From Macrostomum lignano (Eukaryota), in assembly GCA_002269645.1 (NCBI GenBank), contig NIVC01003843.1:1-64000 (forward strand): a DNA stretch of 64,000 bases, written 5' to 3'. The position numbers were made by a program, and so were the translations under genes. The first letter of the stretch is position 1, and each line of letters begins with the position of its first letter. The notes under the pieces were generated by a model. The model ran no database searches. It was not told where the DNA came from and saw only the letters and a list, made by a program, of their open reading frames with translations. Of the stretch, positions 50,645 through 64,000 are shown one piece after another.

Positions 50645-50759
50645 ACTCTTTAAAACCTGATTTGACCTTATGACCTTTGACCCGGTTTGAACTATTAACC
50701 TGAATTCATGCTTGTGTCATATTTAGCCTTAAAAACTACTCTGTTTACAATCTGTTATG

Positions 50760-51280
50760 ACCTTTAGCATTTGACTCAACTTGACCTTAGTTGACCCTAA
50801 TTGACCTTAGTTGGCCTTCATTGACCTTAGTTGACCCTAATTGACCTTAGTTGGCCTTGATTGACATTGGTTGACCTTGATTGGCCCTGATTGACCTTAG
50901 TTGACCTTGATTGACCTTAGATGACCCTAATTGACCTTAGTTGGCCTTAATTGACCTTGGTTGACACTGATTGACTTTAGTTAACCCTAATTGACCTTAG
51001 TTGGCCTTAATTGACCTTGGTTGACACTGATTGACCTTAGTTAACCCTAATTGACCTTAGTTGGCCTTGATTGACATCGGTTGACCTTGATTGACCTTAG
51101 TTGACCTTGACTGACCTTGACTGACCTTGATTGACCTTGGTTGACCCTGATTGACCTTAGTTGACCCTAATTGACCTTAGTTGGCCTTGATTGACATTGG
51201 TTGACCTTGATTGGCCCTGATTGACCTTAGTTGACCTTGATTAACCTTAGTTGACCCTGATTGACCATGGTTGACCTTCC
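50760..51280. repeat. 10-bp repeat TTGACCTTAG/TTGACCCTAA downstream of the TRRAP stop
   Basis: Directly visible. Confidence 0.94.
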
Positions 51281-51705
51281 TAGATTTTACATGAGGTTTA
51301 GGTTTAGGGAAATTTTTAAATAACTTTCGAAAATTTAGCCACTGTTTCTTAGATTTTTTACCCGGTTCGACCTTTGTAGGTTTAAATATAGAATTTAGTT
51401 TCAGCCTTTAATCTTGTTTGTGTACAATTAAATAATGTACTTTAATAGTGTCAGTTTTAAGCGTAACGGTACCAACATTATTTAACACACTAAAATCTGA
51501 CAACTTTTGGCATTTTACTAAATTCAAACTTTATCATCCAGTGCAGCATCATAGCATGTATTCACAATTTTATTTGTTGTAATTACTTTGTTATTGGAGA
51601 CTACAAATTATTAACTCGTATATAGTTTATCTAATTTTGTACTGTAAATGTTGTTATTCTTCTGCTTAACGTTAACTGTTAACTATTTGTTTATTCAATT
51701 GTACC

Positions 51706-51711
51706 AATAAA
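51706..51711 (+). terminator. Candidate polyadenylation signal of TRRAP
   Basis: AATAAA in AT-rich sequence ~1.06 kb after the stop, just before the next satellite. Confidence 0.35.
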
Positions 51712-51819
51712 ATTAAAAGTTAAAACGTTCAATATTATATATATAATCTTACTGCTGTAAATCTGATAGGTGAATATTGTTTTACAGTTTTGATTATTTC
51801 TATTTTTGTTGGACCTAAG

Positions 51820-54245
51820 AACCGCCCCTAACCCACCCGAAGAATCGCCCCTAACCCACCCGAAGAACCGCCCCTAACCCACCCGAAGAACCGCCCCTAA
51901 CCCACCTGAAGAATCGCCCCTAACCCACCCGAAGAACCGCCCCTAACCCACCCGAAGAACCGCCCCTAACCCACCCGAAGAACCGCCCCTAACCCACCCG
52001 AAGAACCGCCCCCTAACCCACCCGAAGAACCGCCCCTAACCCACCCGAAGAACCGCCCCTAACCCACCCGAAGAATCGCCCCTAACCCACCCGAAGAATC
52101 GCCCCTAACCCACCCGAAGAATCGCCCCTAACCCACCCGAAGAATCGCCCCTAAACCTCCCCAAAAAACTGCCCCTAACCTACCCTAAGAATCGCCTCTA
52201 AACCACCCAAATAATTGCTTCTAATCTCCCTAAGAATCGCCCCTAAACCTCCCCAAAAAACTGCCCCAACCCTCCCTAAGAATCGTCCCTAACCCACTTT
52301 AGGAATCGCCCTTAACCCTCCTTAAGAATCGCTCCTAAATCTCCCTAAGAATCGCTTTTAACCCTCCCTAAGAATCGCTCCTAAATCTCCCTAAGAATCG
52401 CTTTTAACCCTCCCTAAGAATCGCTCCTAAATCGCCCTTAATCCTTCCTTAGAATCGCTCCTAAATCTCCCTAAGAATCGCTCCTAATCCTCCCTAAGAA
52501 TCGCTCCTAAATCTCCCTAAGAATCGCCCTTAATCCTCCCTAAGAATCGCTCCTAAATCTCCCTAAGAATCGCCCTTAATCCTCCCTAAGAATCGCTCCT
52601 AAATGTCCCTAAGAATCGCCCTTAATCCTTCCTTAGAATCGCTCCTAAATCTCCCTAAGAATCGCTCCTAAATCTCCCTAAGGATCGCCCTTAATCCTTC
52701 CTTAGAATCGCTCCTAAATCTCCCTAAGAATCGCCCTTAACCCTCCCTAAGAATCGCTCCTAAATCTCCCTAAGAATCGCCCTTAATCCTCCCTAAGAAT
52801 CGCCCTTAACCCTCCCTAAGAATCGCCCTTAATCCTCCCTAAGAATCGCTCCTAAATCTCCCTAAGAATCGCCCTTAATCCTTTCTTAGAATCGCTCCTA
52901 AATCTCCCTAAGAATCGCCCTTAACCCTCCCTAAGAATCGCCCTTAACCCTCCCTAAGAATCGCTCCTAAATCTCCCTAAGAATCGCTCCTAAATCTCCC
53001 TAAGAATCGCTCCTAACCCTCCCTAAGAACCGCTCCTAAATCTCCCTAAGAATCGCTCCTAAATCTCCCTAAGAATCGCCCTAAATCTCCCTAAGAATCG
53101 CCCTAAATCTCCCTAAGAACCGCTCCTAAATCTCCCTAAGAATCGCCCTTAACCCTCCCTAAGAATCGCCCTTAATCCTCCCTAAGAATCGCCCTTAATC
53201 CTCCCTAAGAATCGCCCTTAACCCTCCCTAAGAATCGCTCCTAAATCTCCCTAAGAATCGCTCCTAAATCTCCCTAAGAATCGCCCTTAATCCTCCCTAA
53301 GAATCGCTCCTTTATCCTCCCTAAGAATCGCTCCTAAACCTCCCTAAGAATCGTCCTTAACCCTCCCTAAGAATCGCCCTTAATCCTCCCTAAGAATCGC
53401 TCCTAAATCTCCCTAAGAATCGCCCTTAATCCTTTCTTAGAATCGCTCCTAAATCTCCCTAAGAATCGCCCTTAACCCTCCCTAAGAATCGCCCTTAACC
53501 CTCCCTAAGAATCGCTCCTAAATCTCCCTAAGAATCGCTCCTAAATCTCCCTAAGAATCGCTCCTAACCCTCCCTAAGAACCGCTCCTAAATCTCCCTAA
53601 GAATCGCCCTAAATCTCCCTAAGAATCGCCCTAAATCTCCCTAAGAATCGCTCCTAAATCTCCCTAAGAATCGCTCCTAACCCTCCCTAAGAACCGCTCC
53701 TAAATCTCCCTAAGAATCGCCCTAAATCTCCCTAAGAATCGCCCTAAATCTCCCTAAGAATCGCCCTAAATCTCCCTAAGAACCGCCCTTAACCCTCCCT
53801 AAGAATCGCTCCTAAATCTCCCTAAGAATCGCTCCTAAATCTCCCTAAGAATCGCCCTTAATCCTCCCTAAGAATCGCTCCTTTATCCTCCCTAAGAATC
53901 GCTCCTTAACCTCCCTAAGAATCGCCCTTAACCCTCCCTAAGAATCGCCCTTAATCCTCCCTAAGAATCGCTCCTAAATCTCCCTAAGAATCGCCCTTAA
54001 TCCTCCCTAAGAATCGCTCCTAAATCTCCCTAAGAATCGCTCCTAAATCTCCCTAAGAATCGCCCTTAATCCTCCCTAAGAATCGCTCCTAAATCTCCCT
54101 AAGAATCGCTCCTAAATCTCCCTAAGAATCGCCCTTAATCCTCCCTAAGAATCGCTCCTAAATCTCCCTAAGAATCGCTCCTAAATCTCCCTAAGAATCG
54201 CTCCTAAATCTCCCTAAGTATCGCTCCTAACCCACCCTAAGAACC
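51820..54245. repeat. 23-bp satellite (AAGAACCGCCCCTAACCCACCCG grading into TAAGAATCGCTCCTAAATCTCCC)
   Basis: Directly visible, ~2.4 kb. Confidence 0.96.
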
Positions 54246-54689
54246 GCGTCCAAACCATCTTTAAAATCGCTTTTGGACACTTCACGGAAACGCTCTTTTA
54301 GCACAAGCAACTTTAACTGGTTTAATAAAGCGGTTTGTTTAATTTGCAGTCCGAACACGCCTGTCCCACTGCCTCACAAGCAGCGCACATGTCACAAACT
54401 AAATAATTAAAAGTCATTCATTACCCAGAAATTCTCTTATCTTATCAGTTCCCAGCAACCTAATTCAGCAGGTGCAATTGTCTGTCTGTCAATGGGTGGG
54501 TGGTGCAGCTGCCACAAGCGGCGTATTATACATGTGTGAGTATTATATTGGCATTGCGTATTGTGCATAGGTTCAACTGACCATTGCACCCGCCCTCAAT
54601 GCTTTCGCCTAAGCTATTAAGTTTTTTCCTATCTTATCTCTGGACGCTAATAAATCATTATCTCACTTAATTCTCGAAATTTTGTCACA

Positions 54690-55290
54690 GATTCACTCAT
54701 TTCTGCTGTGATCCCATTTCTCCAGATTCACAGATCCCTGCTGTGATCCCATTTCCCAGATTCACAGATCCCAACTGTGATCACATTTCTGAGATTCACA
54801 GATCCCTGCTGTGATCCCATTTCTCCAGATTCACAGATCCCTGCTGTGATCCCATTTCCGAGATTCACAGATCCCTGCTGTGATCACATTTCTCAGATTC
54901 ACAAATCCCTGCTGTGATCACATTTCCCAGATTCACAGATCTCTACTGTGATTAAATTTCCTAGATTCACAGATCCCCACTGTGATCACATTTCCCAGAT
55001 TCACAGATCCCCACTGTGATCACATTTCCCAGATTCACAGATCCCTGCTGTGATCCCATTTCCCAGATTCACAGATCCCTGCTGTGATCCCATTTCCAAG
55101 ATTCACAGATCCCTGCTGTGATCACATTTCTCAGATTCACAAATCCCTACTGTGATCACATTTCCCATATTCACAGATCCCTGCTGTGATCACATTTCCT
55201 AGATTCATAGATCCCCACTGTGATCACATTTCCCAGATTTACAGAACACTGCTGTGATCCCATTTCTCAGATTAACAGATCTCGCTGTGA
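54690..55290. repeat. 34-bp minisatellite AGATTCACAGATCCCTGCTGTGATCCCATTTCCC
   Basis: Directly visible; internal inverted repeat TCACAG...CTGTGA. Confidence 0.94.
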
Positions 55291-55674
55291 GAATATCTTC
55301 CACTCTGTCCTAAAAGAACGAGAACCTCGTTTCGAAGATTCCTTTATAAACCTTTATTTTTTGCAGTGATATAGCGATTCTGTCGAACTTAGCTTTTACA
55401 AGTCTGTGAGCTGTAAGGGATGATGCTCTGATACCCCACTATCCTGCTTTGATTTAGAGTTTTTTTAACAGGAAGGCGATTTCGCTGTGGTCAACTCAAT
55501 CTGTTATGCTGTGTTGGTCAGTCTTCAGAATAGAAATTCGATACGAAATTTATTTAGATTTTATGCCGAATTTTGGCTCTTGATAAAATAATCAGTGCAC
55601 CTTCATGTGTACCTGTTTGAGGGGTCGGGTCATTGGTGCAGACTAGTGCTTCCTGCGTTCACTGTGCGTTTTTT

Positions 55675-56470
55675 GGGTCAGTATCCCCTTCATCAGAGTG
55701 CTGGTTCAACATCCTCTTCATTGTAGTCCTGGGTCAGCATCCTCCTCATTGTAGTCCTGGGTCAGCATCCTCTTCATTGTAGTCCTGGGTCAGCATCCTC
55801 CTCATCAGAGTCTTGGGTCAGCATCCTCTTCATTGTAGTCTTGGGTCAGCATCCTCTTCATTGTAGTCTTGGGTCAGCATCCTCCTCATCAGAGTCCTGG
55901 GTCAGCATCCTCTTCATTGTAGTCCTGGGTCAGCATCCTCCTCATCAGAGTCCTGGGTCAGCATCCTCTTCATTGTAGTCTTGGGTCAGCATCCTCTTCA
56001 TTGTAGTCCTGGGTCAGCATCCTCCTCATCAGAGTCCTGGGTCAGCATCCTCTTCATTGTAGTCTTGGGTCAGCATCCTCCTCATCAGAGTCTTGGGTCA
56101 GCATCCTCTTCATTGTAGTCCTGGGTCAGCATCCTCCTCATCAGAGTCTTGGGTCAGCATCCTCCTCATCAGAGTCCTGGGTCAGCAACCTCCTCATCAG
56201 AGTCCTGGGTCAGCATCCTCCTCATCAGAGTCTTGGGTCAGTATCCCCTTCATCAGAGTGCTGGTTCATCATCCTCTTCATTGTAGTCCTGGGTCAGCAT
56301 CCTCCTCATCAGAGTCTTGGGTCAGCATCCTCTTCATCAGAGTCTTGGGTCAGCATCCTCTTCATTGTAGTCCTGGGTCAGCATCCTCCTCATCAGAGTC
56401 CTGGGTCAGCATCCTCTTCATTAGAGTCCTGGGTCAGCATCCTCCTCATCGGAGGGTCAGCATCCTCTTC
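55675..56470. repeat. 28-bp minisatellite GGGTCAGCATCCTC(T/C)TCAT(TGT/CAG)AGTCCT
   Basis: Directly visible. Confidence 0.95.
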
Positions 56471-56730
56471 ATCAATCTGGCTCACGGATCCCTCCAACTC
56501 GCGACCGATTTCGCACCTCGCATGACGGCCGTCTGTCCGCCAATCTGCAGGCTAGCAACTATTTTTAGCCCAGCCAATCTCAGAACTCCAGATCGAACCG
56601 TAGCAACCCCGACTCCTAACTCGCGTTTTACTTGTATATTAGCCGTCCTCGAATCTCCACGGCCTCGCTTCAAGTTTGAAAAGTGAACAAAGATCACTAC
56701 CAAATACTAAGGTTTTGATTGACAGCAAGC

Positions 56731-58389
<1,659 letters not shown>

Positions 58390-59274
58390 TAAAAGAACAA
58401 TATGGTTAGTAAGACTGCTGTTGGTTGAGCGCGGTCGCGGGTTCTTTATAGCTGGATTTCTTGGAAACGGAAACGGACATTTTTCATAGAAATTTAATGA
58501 GGTTGTTTCCTGGGTAATGAAAACGGGTATGTTTCTTAGAAAAATGTAATTGGCTGTTTCTTTGAAACGAAAACTTAATCTAGTTTATTTCTTAGAAAAG
58601 AAGACGAAAACATTATGAATTCTAATGATGTTTATTGGAAACACAGAGGCGGGATTTTAATTATTCTTAGAATTAACGGGTTTGTTTTCTTGCAACTGCA
58701 AATGAACTACTTACTTTTAAGAAGTTTATATTTGAAAAAAAGATTTTATTTCTAGGAAACAAAGCCGGAAACGGTGATGCTTTGTTTCTTAGAAACAAAA
58801 ATGGAAACTGGCTTCTATTTCTAAGAATTATTTAAACGGAGCGGAGTTGTCTTTAGTTAAAACAAAAGCTGAGAAGCATTATTTCTTTGAAACAAAGCCG
58901 GAAGTGGAAAACAAAAGAAGATGTAACCTTTGTCTGCGTCAAAGTCCAATGTCCACTGCCATTTCAGTTTTTTCCAACCATCCATCTGAACCATTTTGCA
59001 TTGAATTTGGTTTTTAGCAAGACCCCAGCGAAAACTTTTTCTGTTCTGTTGATGTATTTTAATTTAAAATTCGTCCCCTCCAGTGCAATCCTGAACTTTC
59101 TTCTCTGTCGAGCGACTCCACAGAATAAAATCTCCTTGCATTCACATCTCCGGCCACGCGTTCTCAACGTACATTTTTGTATTTGACTTTTCCGTGTCAG
59201 CGTGCACCTCTTTGATTCTTTTGGCTTTGGGTTAAATTGCTGCTTCCGTAGATGGTGGGTAACCCGAACTCTGG

Positions 59275-59960
59275 TCTCACTCTGATCTCACTCTGATCTC
59301 ACTCTGATCTCACTCTGATCTCACTCTGATCTCACTCTTGTCTCACTCTCTGATCCCACTCTGATCTCACTCTGATCGCATTCTAATCTCACTCTGATCT
59401 CACTCTTGTCTCACTCTCTGATCTCACTCTGATCTCACTCTGATCTCACCCTGATCTCACTCTGATCTCACTCTCTGATCTCTCTCTGATCTCACTCTGA
59501 TCTCACTCTGATCTCACTCTGATCGCATTCTAATCTCACTCTCTGATCTCTCTCTGATCTCACTGTGATCTCACCCTCTGATCTCACTGTGATCTCACTG
59601 TGATCTCACTGTGATCTCACTGTGATCTCACTCTGATCTCACTCTGATCTCACTCTGATCTCACTCTGATCTCACTCTAATCTCACTCTCTGATCTCACT
59701 GTGATTCTCACCCTCTGATCTCACTCTGATCTCACTCTGATCTCACTGTGATCTCACTCTCTGATCTCACTGTGATCTCACTCTCTGATCTCACTGTGAT
59801 CTCACTCTCTGATCTCACTGTGATCTCACTCTCTGATCTCACTCTGATCTCACTCTCTGATCTCACCCTGATCTCACTCTGATCTCACTCTCTGATCTCA
59901 CTGTGATCTCACTCTCTGATCTCACTGTGATCTCACTCTCTGATCTCACTCTGATCTCAC
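59275..59960. repeat. 11/13-bp minisatellite CTCACT(CT)CTGAT
   Basis: Directly visible. Confidence 0.95.
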
Positions 59961-60544
59961 TCCATCCTCATCGCGGACTATAAACAGCTGAAGTCGCACG
60001 TGAAGTCGCATGAGCGCAACGTGTTTCCATATTTTTAGCAGATCTCATCCGATTATGAAAACTCATTTCGCCTGTGAAGTTGTATTTCGCCCGTATTTAT
60101 ATTTTCGATTTAAATATAGTCTCATAATATCTCTATATATTTTTTTCGCGTTCAATGCATCATAGGCCCCTGGATTTTCTCGTGTTTTGTTTAACTGTTT
60201 GTGATTGATTTTTGAAAAAGCAATTTTATTATTATAACTTTTATCGGATATATCCTGTTAAGCACTGCTAAAAGCATTTTACTGAACTATTACTGCAATA
60301 TAAGGGGCCGCCCAGATGCATGCATACACGTCAAACGGTGTGTGTTGGTGTGTCCAGTTGTTGCTAAATGTGCAATATTTTCCTTCAACATAGAATATGT
60401 TGAATATATAAATTTACTCTATGAAGTACTGACTTTAAGAATTTGGTTTGTTCTTAAACATTGCCATCGATAAATGTGATTGTATAATCAAGGATTGCGT
60501 AGAGGGTTTGAAAACTTATATCTTTTTCCTGTTGAGAAGAGAGA

Positions 60545-61245
60545 GGGTAAAGAGGGTAGAGTAGGAGAGGCTAGAGGGTAGAGTAGGGAGGCAAAGTTAG
60601 GGAGAGACAGAGGAAAAGGAAGGGAGATATAGGGAGAGGACGGGAGAGGAAGGGAGAGGAAGGGAGAGGAAGGAAGAGGAAGGGAAATGAAGGGAGATGT
60701 AGGGAGAGAAAATAGGAGACGAAGGGAGATGAAGGGAGACGAATGGAGAGGAAGGGAGAGGAAGGGAAATGAAGGGAGGTTTGGGGAGAGAAGAGGAGAC
60801 GAAGGGATACGAAGGGAGAGAAAGGGAGAGAAAGGGAGAGAAAGGGAGAGAAGAGAGAGGAAGGGAGAGGAAGGGAGTGGAAGGAGAGGAAGGGAGAGGA
60901 AGGGAGAGGAAGGGAGAGGAAGGGAGAGGAAGGGAGAGAGAATGGGAGACGAGGGGAGACGAAGGGAGACGAATGGAGATGAAGGGAGATGTAGGGAGAG
61001 AAAGGGAGACGAAGGGAGAGGAAGGATGGGAAGGGAGAGGAAGGGAGAGGAAGGGAGGGTAAGGGAGAGGAAGGGATAGGAAGGGAGGGGAAGGGAGAGG
61101 AAGGGAAAGGAAGGGAGAGGAAGGGATAGGAAGGGATAGGAAGGGAGAGGAAGGGAGAGGAAGGGAGAGGAAGGGATGGGAAGGGAGAGGAAGGGAGAGG
61201 AAGAGAGAGGAAGGGAGAGGAAGGGAGGGGAGGGAGAGGAGGCAC
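60545..61245. repeat. Purine-rich ~10-bp repeat GGAGAGGAAG
   Basis: Directly visible. Confidence 0.93.
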
Positions 61246-62264
61246 CAGAGACGGGACACCGGAGCCAGTGAGTCTCGGACCAAACCCGATAACTTCAGTC
61301 TGCCACAGGACATAAATCATAACGCAGTTTCAGGTCTCCAATCAATTCTCAAAAAACGGAGATATCTATATAGTATTTATTTCCGAGTGACTGCTCCACT
61401 CCCATCTACAACTCCCACTCTATCATCAAGTGCGCTCCCTAACTCAACCGATCGTCGATAACTTTGATTCCGCATAGCAACCGCCCAGCTTCTGAGACGC
61501 TTCTGAGCTTAAAATAGCATCCAGCCAACGGCCGGTGATAATTGGCTTATAGAGGCTGCATGCAAGTCGCCGGTCGCAGTTGCTAAGCAGGCGAGAAAAG
61601 CTTGCTTGTGGGAGTGGGGAGGGGAGACAAGGAAGAGGAGAAGGTGCCGATAATTTTGCGTGGGCGGTTCGGCTGGAGAAGGGGATCAGAAGTGAAGACA
61701 AGTCAAGTGGGGATCTATCTATCCATTGCTCTTGTGGAATTAATTAGATGCGCACCCCAAGTGAAGTCGGGGGCAAATTCAATAATAAAACTGAGTATGC
61801 TGCATGCCTCTCTTTTTTTGCTCGAATGGCTCCACAATCGAAGACAAGGAGGAATCTAAATATAGAGCCGCTGCCGCATGACTTCTCTGTACCTATGAGC
61901 CGAATAGAATGCATCGAAGCATCTCTCCCATCCCTAGGCAGGCTGTGTCGGCGATCGGCAAAAAAATGCTAAAAATAAAAAATCAAAGGGATCGTTTTTC
62001 GTTAGCGACTTTTCAGCTTTAGTTTTTTTCTCAAGTCATCGATTTGCGAAAGTCGCGATAGCGGCGGGACAGGAAAGGGGGCAGGCAGCTGATGGGGAAC
62101 TAGGGAGACTGGGCTGGCGCGAGGGTCAGTTCCACTTCGGAGAATTATTGATTTTATCAGAATCGGACTGAGTCTGAGCGAGAAGAGACTTAAATAGCAG
62201 GGAGAGTGACAGCCGGAGTGACACAAATTGACGCGCAGTGTGACATCCAGACTGTTATACAGAG

Positions 62265-63000
62265 TGACGCATAAAGTGACGCATAGATCGAGTGACGCAT
62301 AGATCGAGTGACGCATAGATCGAGTGACGCATAGAGTGACGCATAGAGTGACGCATAGATCGAGTGACGCATAGAGTGACGCATAGAGTGACGCATAGAT
62401 CGAGTGACGCATAGAGTGACGCATAGAGTGACGCATAGATCGAGTGACGCATAGATCGAGTGACGCATAGAGTGACGCATAGAGTGACGCATAGATCGAG
62501 TGACGCATAGAGTGACGCATAGAGTGACGCATAGAGTGACGCATACAGTGACGCATAGAGTGACGCATAGAGTGACGCATAGAGTGACGCATACAGTGAC
62601 GCATAGAGTGACGCATAGAGTGACGCATAGAGTGACGAATAGAGTGACGCATAGAGTGACGCATAGAGTGACGCATGGAGTGACGCGTAGAGTGACGCAT
62701 GGAGTGACGCATAGAGTGACGCATAGAATGACGCATAGAGTGACGCATAGAATGACGCATAGAGTGACGCATAGAGTGACACATAGAGTGACGCATAGAG
62801 TGACGCATAGAGTGACGAATAGAGTGACGCATAGAGTGACGCATAGAGTGACGCATAGAATGACGCATAGAGTGACGCATAGAATGACGCATAGAGTGAC
62901 GCATAGAGTGACACATAGAGTGACGCATAGAGTGACGCATAGAGTGACGAATAGAGTGACGCATAGAGTGACGCATAGAGTGACGCATGGAGTGACGCAC
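62265..63000. repeat. 12-bp minisatellite AGTGACGCATAG (16-bp ATCG-insertion variants at the left end)
   Basis: Directly visible; source of THRV/MRHS/YASL ORFs. Confidence 0.96.
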
Positions 63001-63365
63001 CAAAAGGAGACAAAGTGACACAGAGTGACACATCCAGAGTGAGGCACAAAGCGAATTACATTCTACATTTACAAGAAGATAAAACAGATTTGAGAAAGTT
63101 AAAAAAAAGTATCAGAACCGTAGTAGATCGAGTTTCACTACTTCGAACCGTGAGAATGGAACTCTTGGCATTCTAAAATCCAGCTACGTGCGAAATTTCC
63201 AATTAGCAAAATTGTTTCCCACAGCCAACTATGCAGCAACCACTCAATTTCGAAAAAAGTAACAAATTTGATTTTAAATCGGGAGGAGCTTGTCTGTCTG
63301 CGGTTGTAACCGTTTTGATCACTGGTGCAGGTGCAGCAAAGCTGACTTCGAATCTTTGAAAATCG

Positions 63366-64000
63366 CTCTGATCTCACTCTCCGATCTCACTCTCCGATCT
63401 CACTCTCCGATCTCACTCTCCGATCTCACTCTCCGATCTCACTCTCCGATCTCACTCTCCGATCTCACTCTCCGATCTCACTCTCCGATCTCACTCTCCG
63501 ATCTCACTCTCCGATCTCACTCTCCGATCTCACTCTCCGATCTCACTCTCCGATCTCACTCTCCGATCTCACTCTCCGATCTCACTCTCCGATCTCACTC
63601 TCCGATCTCACTCTCCGATCTCACTCTCCGATCTCACTCTCCGATCTCACTCTCCGATCTCACTCTCCGATCTCACTCTCCGATCTCACTCTCCGATCTC
63701 ACTCTCCGATCTCACTCTCCGATCTCACTCTCCGATCTCACTCTCCGATCTCACTCTCCGATCTCACTCTCCGATCTCACTCTCCGATCTCACTCTCCGA
63801 TCTCACTCTCCGATCTCACTCTCCGATCTCACTCTCCGATCTCACTCTCCGATCTCACTCTCCGATCTCACTCTCCGATCTCACTCTCCGATCTCACTCT
63901 CCGATCTCACTCTCCGATCTCACTCTCCGATCTCACTCTCCGATCTCACTCTCCGATCTCACTCTCCGATCTCATCTCACTCTCCGATCTCACTCTCCGA
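63366..64000. repeat. Near-perfect 13-bp satellite CTCCGATCTCACT, runs off the window end
   Basis: About 48 essentially identical copies. Confidence 0.97.

Noticed and set aside
60571-63049. Long ORFs over purine-rich and 12-bp repeats
   Set aside because: Repeat translations with no unique coding flanks or convincing splice structure.
61250-63360. Possible exons between the terminal satellites
   Set aside because: Short open frames on both strands but no recognisable domain or consistent splice-phase chain.

Overview
Eukaryotic (animal) genomic DNA; no prokaryotic features. The GC-rich exons, minisatellite-filled introns and repeat load suggest a free-living flatworm such as Macrostomum (inference only). 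The window is dominated by one complete plus-strand TRRAP/Tra1 gene (12501-50644). I reconstructed it as 30 coding exons with phase-consistent junctions, 11,766 nt, about 3,921 aa, ending in the FATC motif YQPWL*. At least 22 of its 29 introns carry tandem arrays, mostly different from one another, and intron 26 is most simply read as GC-AG. Also present: the last two exons of an IQ-motif gene with two open frames (1096-2387), an intronless HSBP1-like gene (minus, 4529-4984), a decayed 5'-truncated non-LTR retrotransposon (minus, ~7640-9330), a hAT-type MITE with TIRs and 8-bp TSD (11147-11542), a two-exon secreted ependymin-like gene (56731-58389) and many intergenic satellites. Most long ORFs in the supplied track are repeat artefacts. 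Comparisons with known proteins are from memory; no searches were run.
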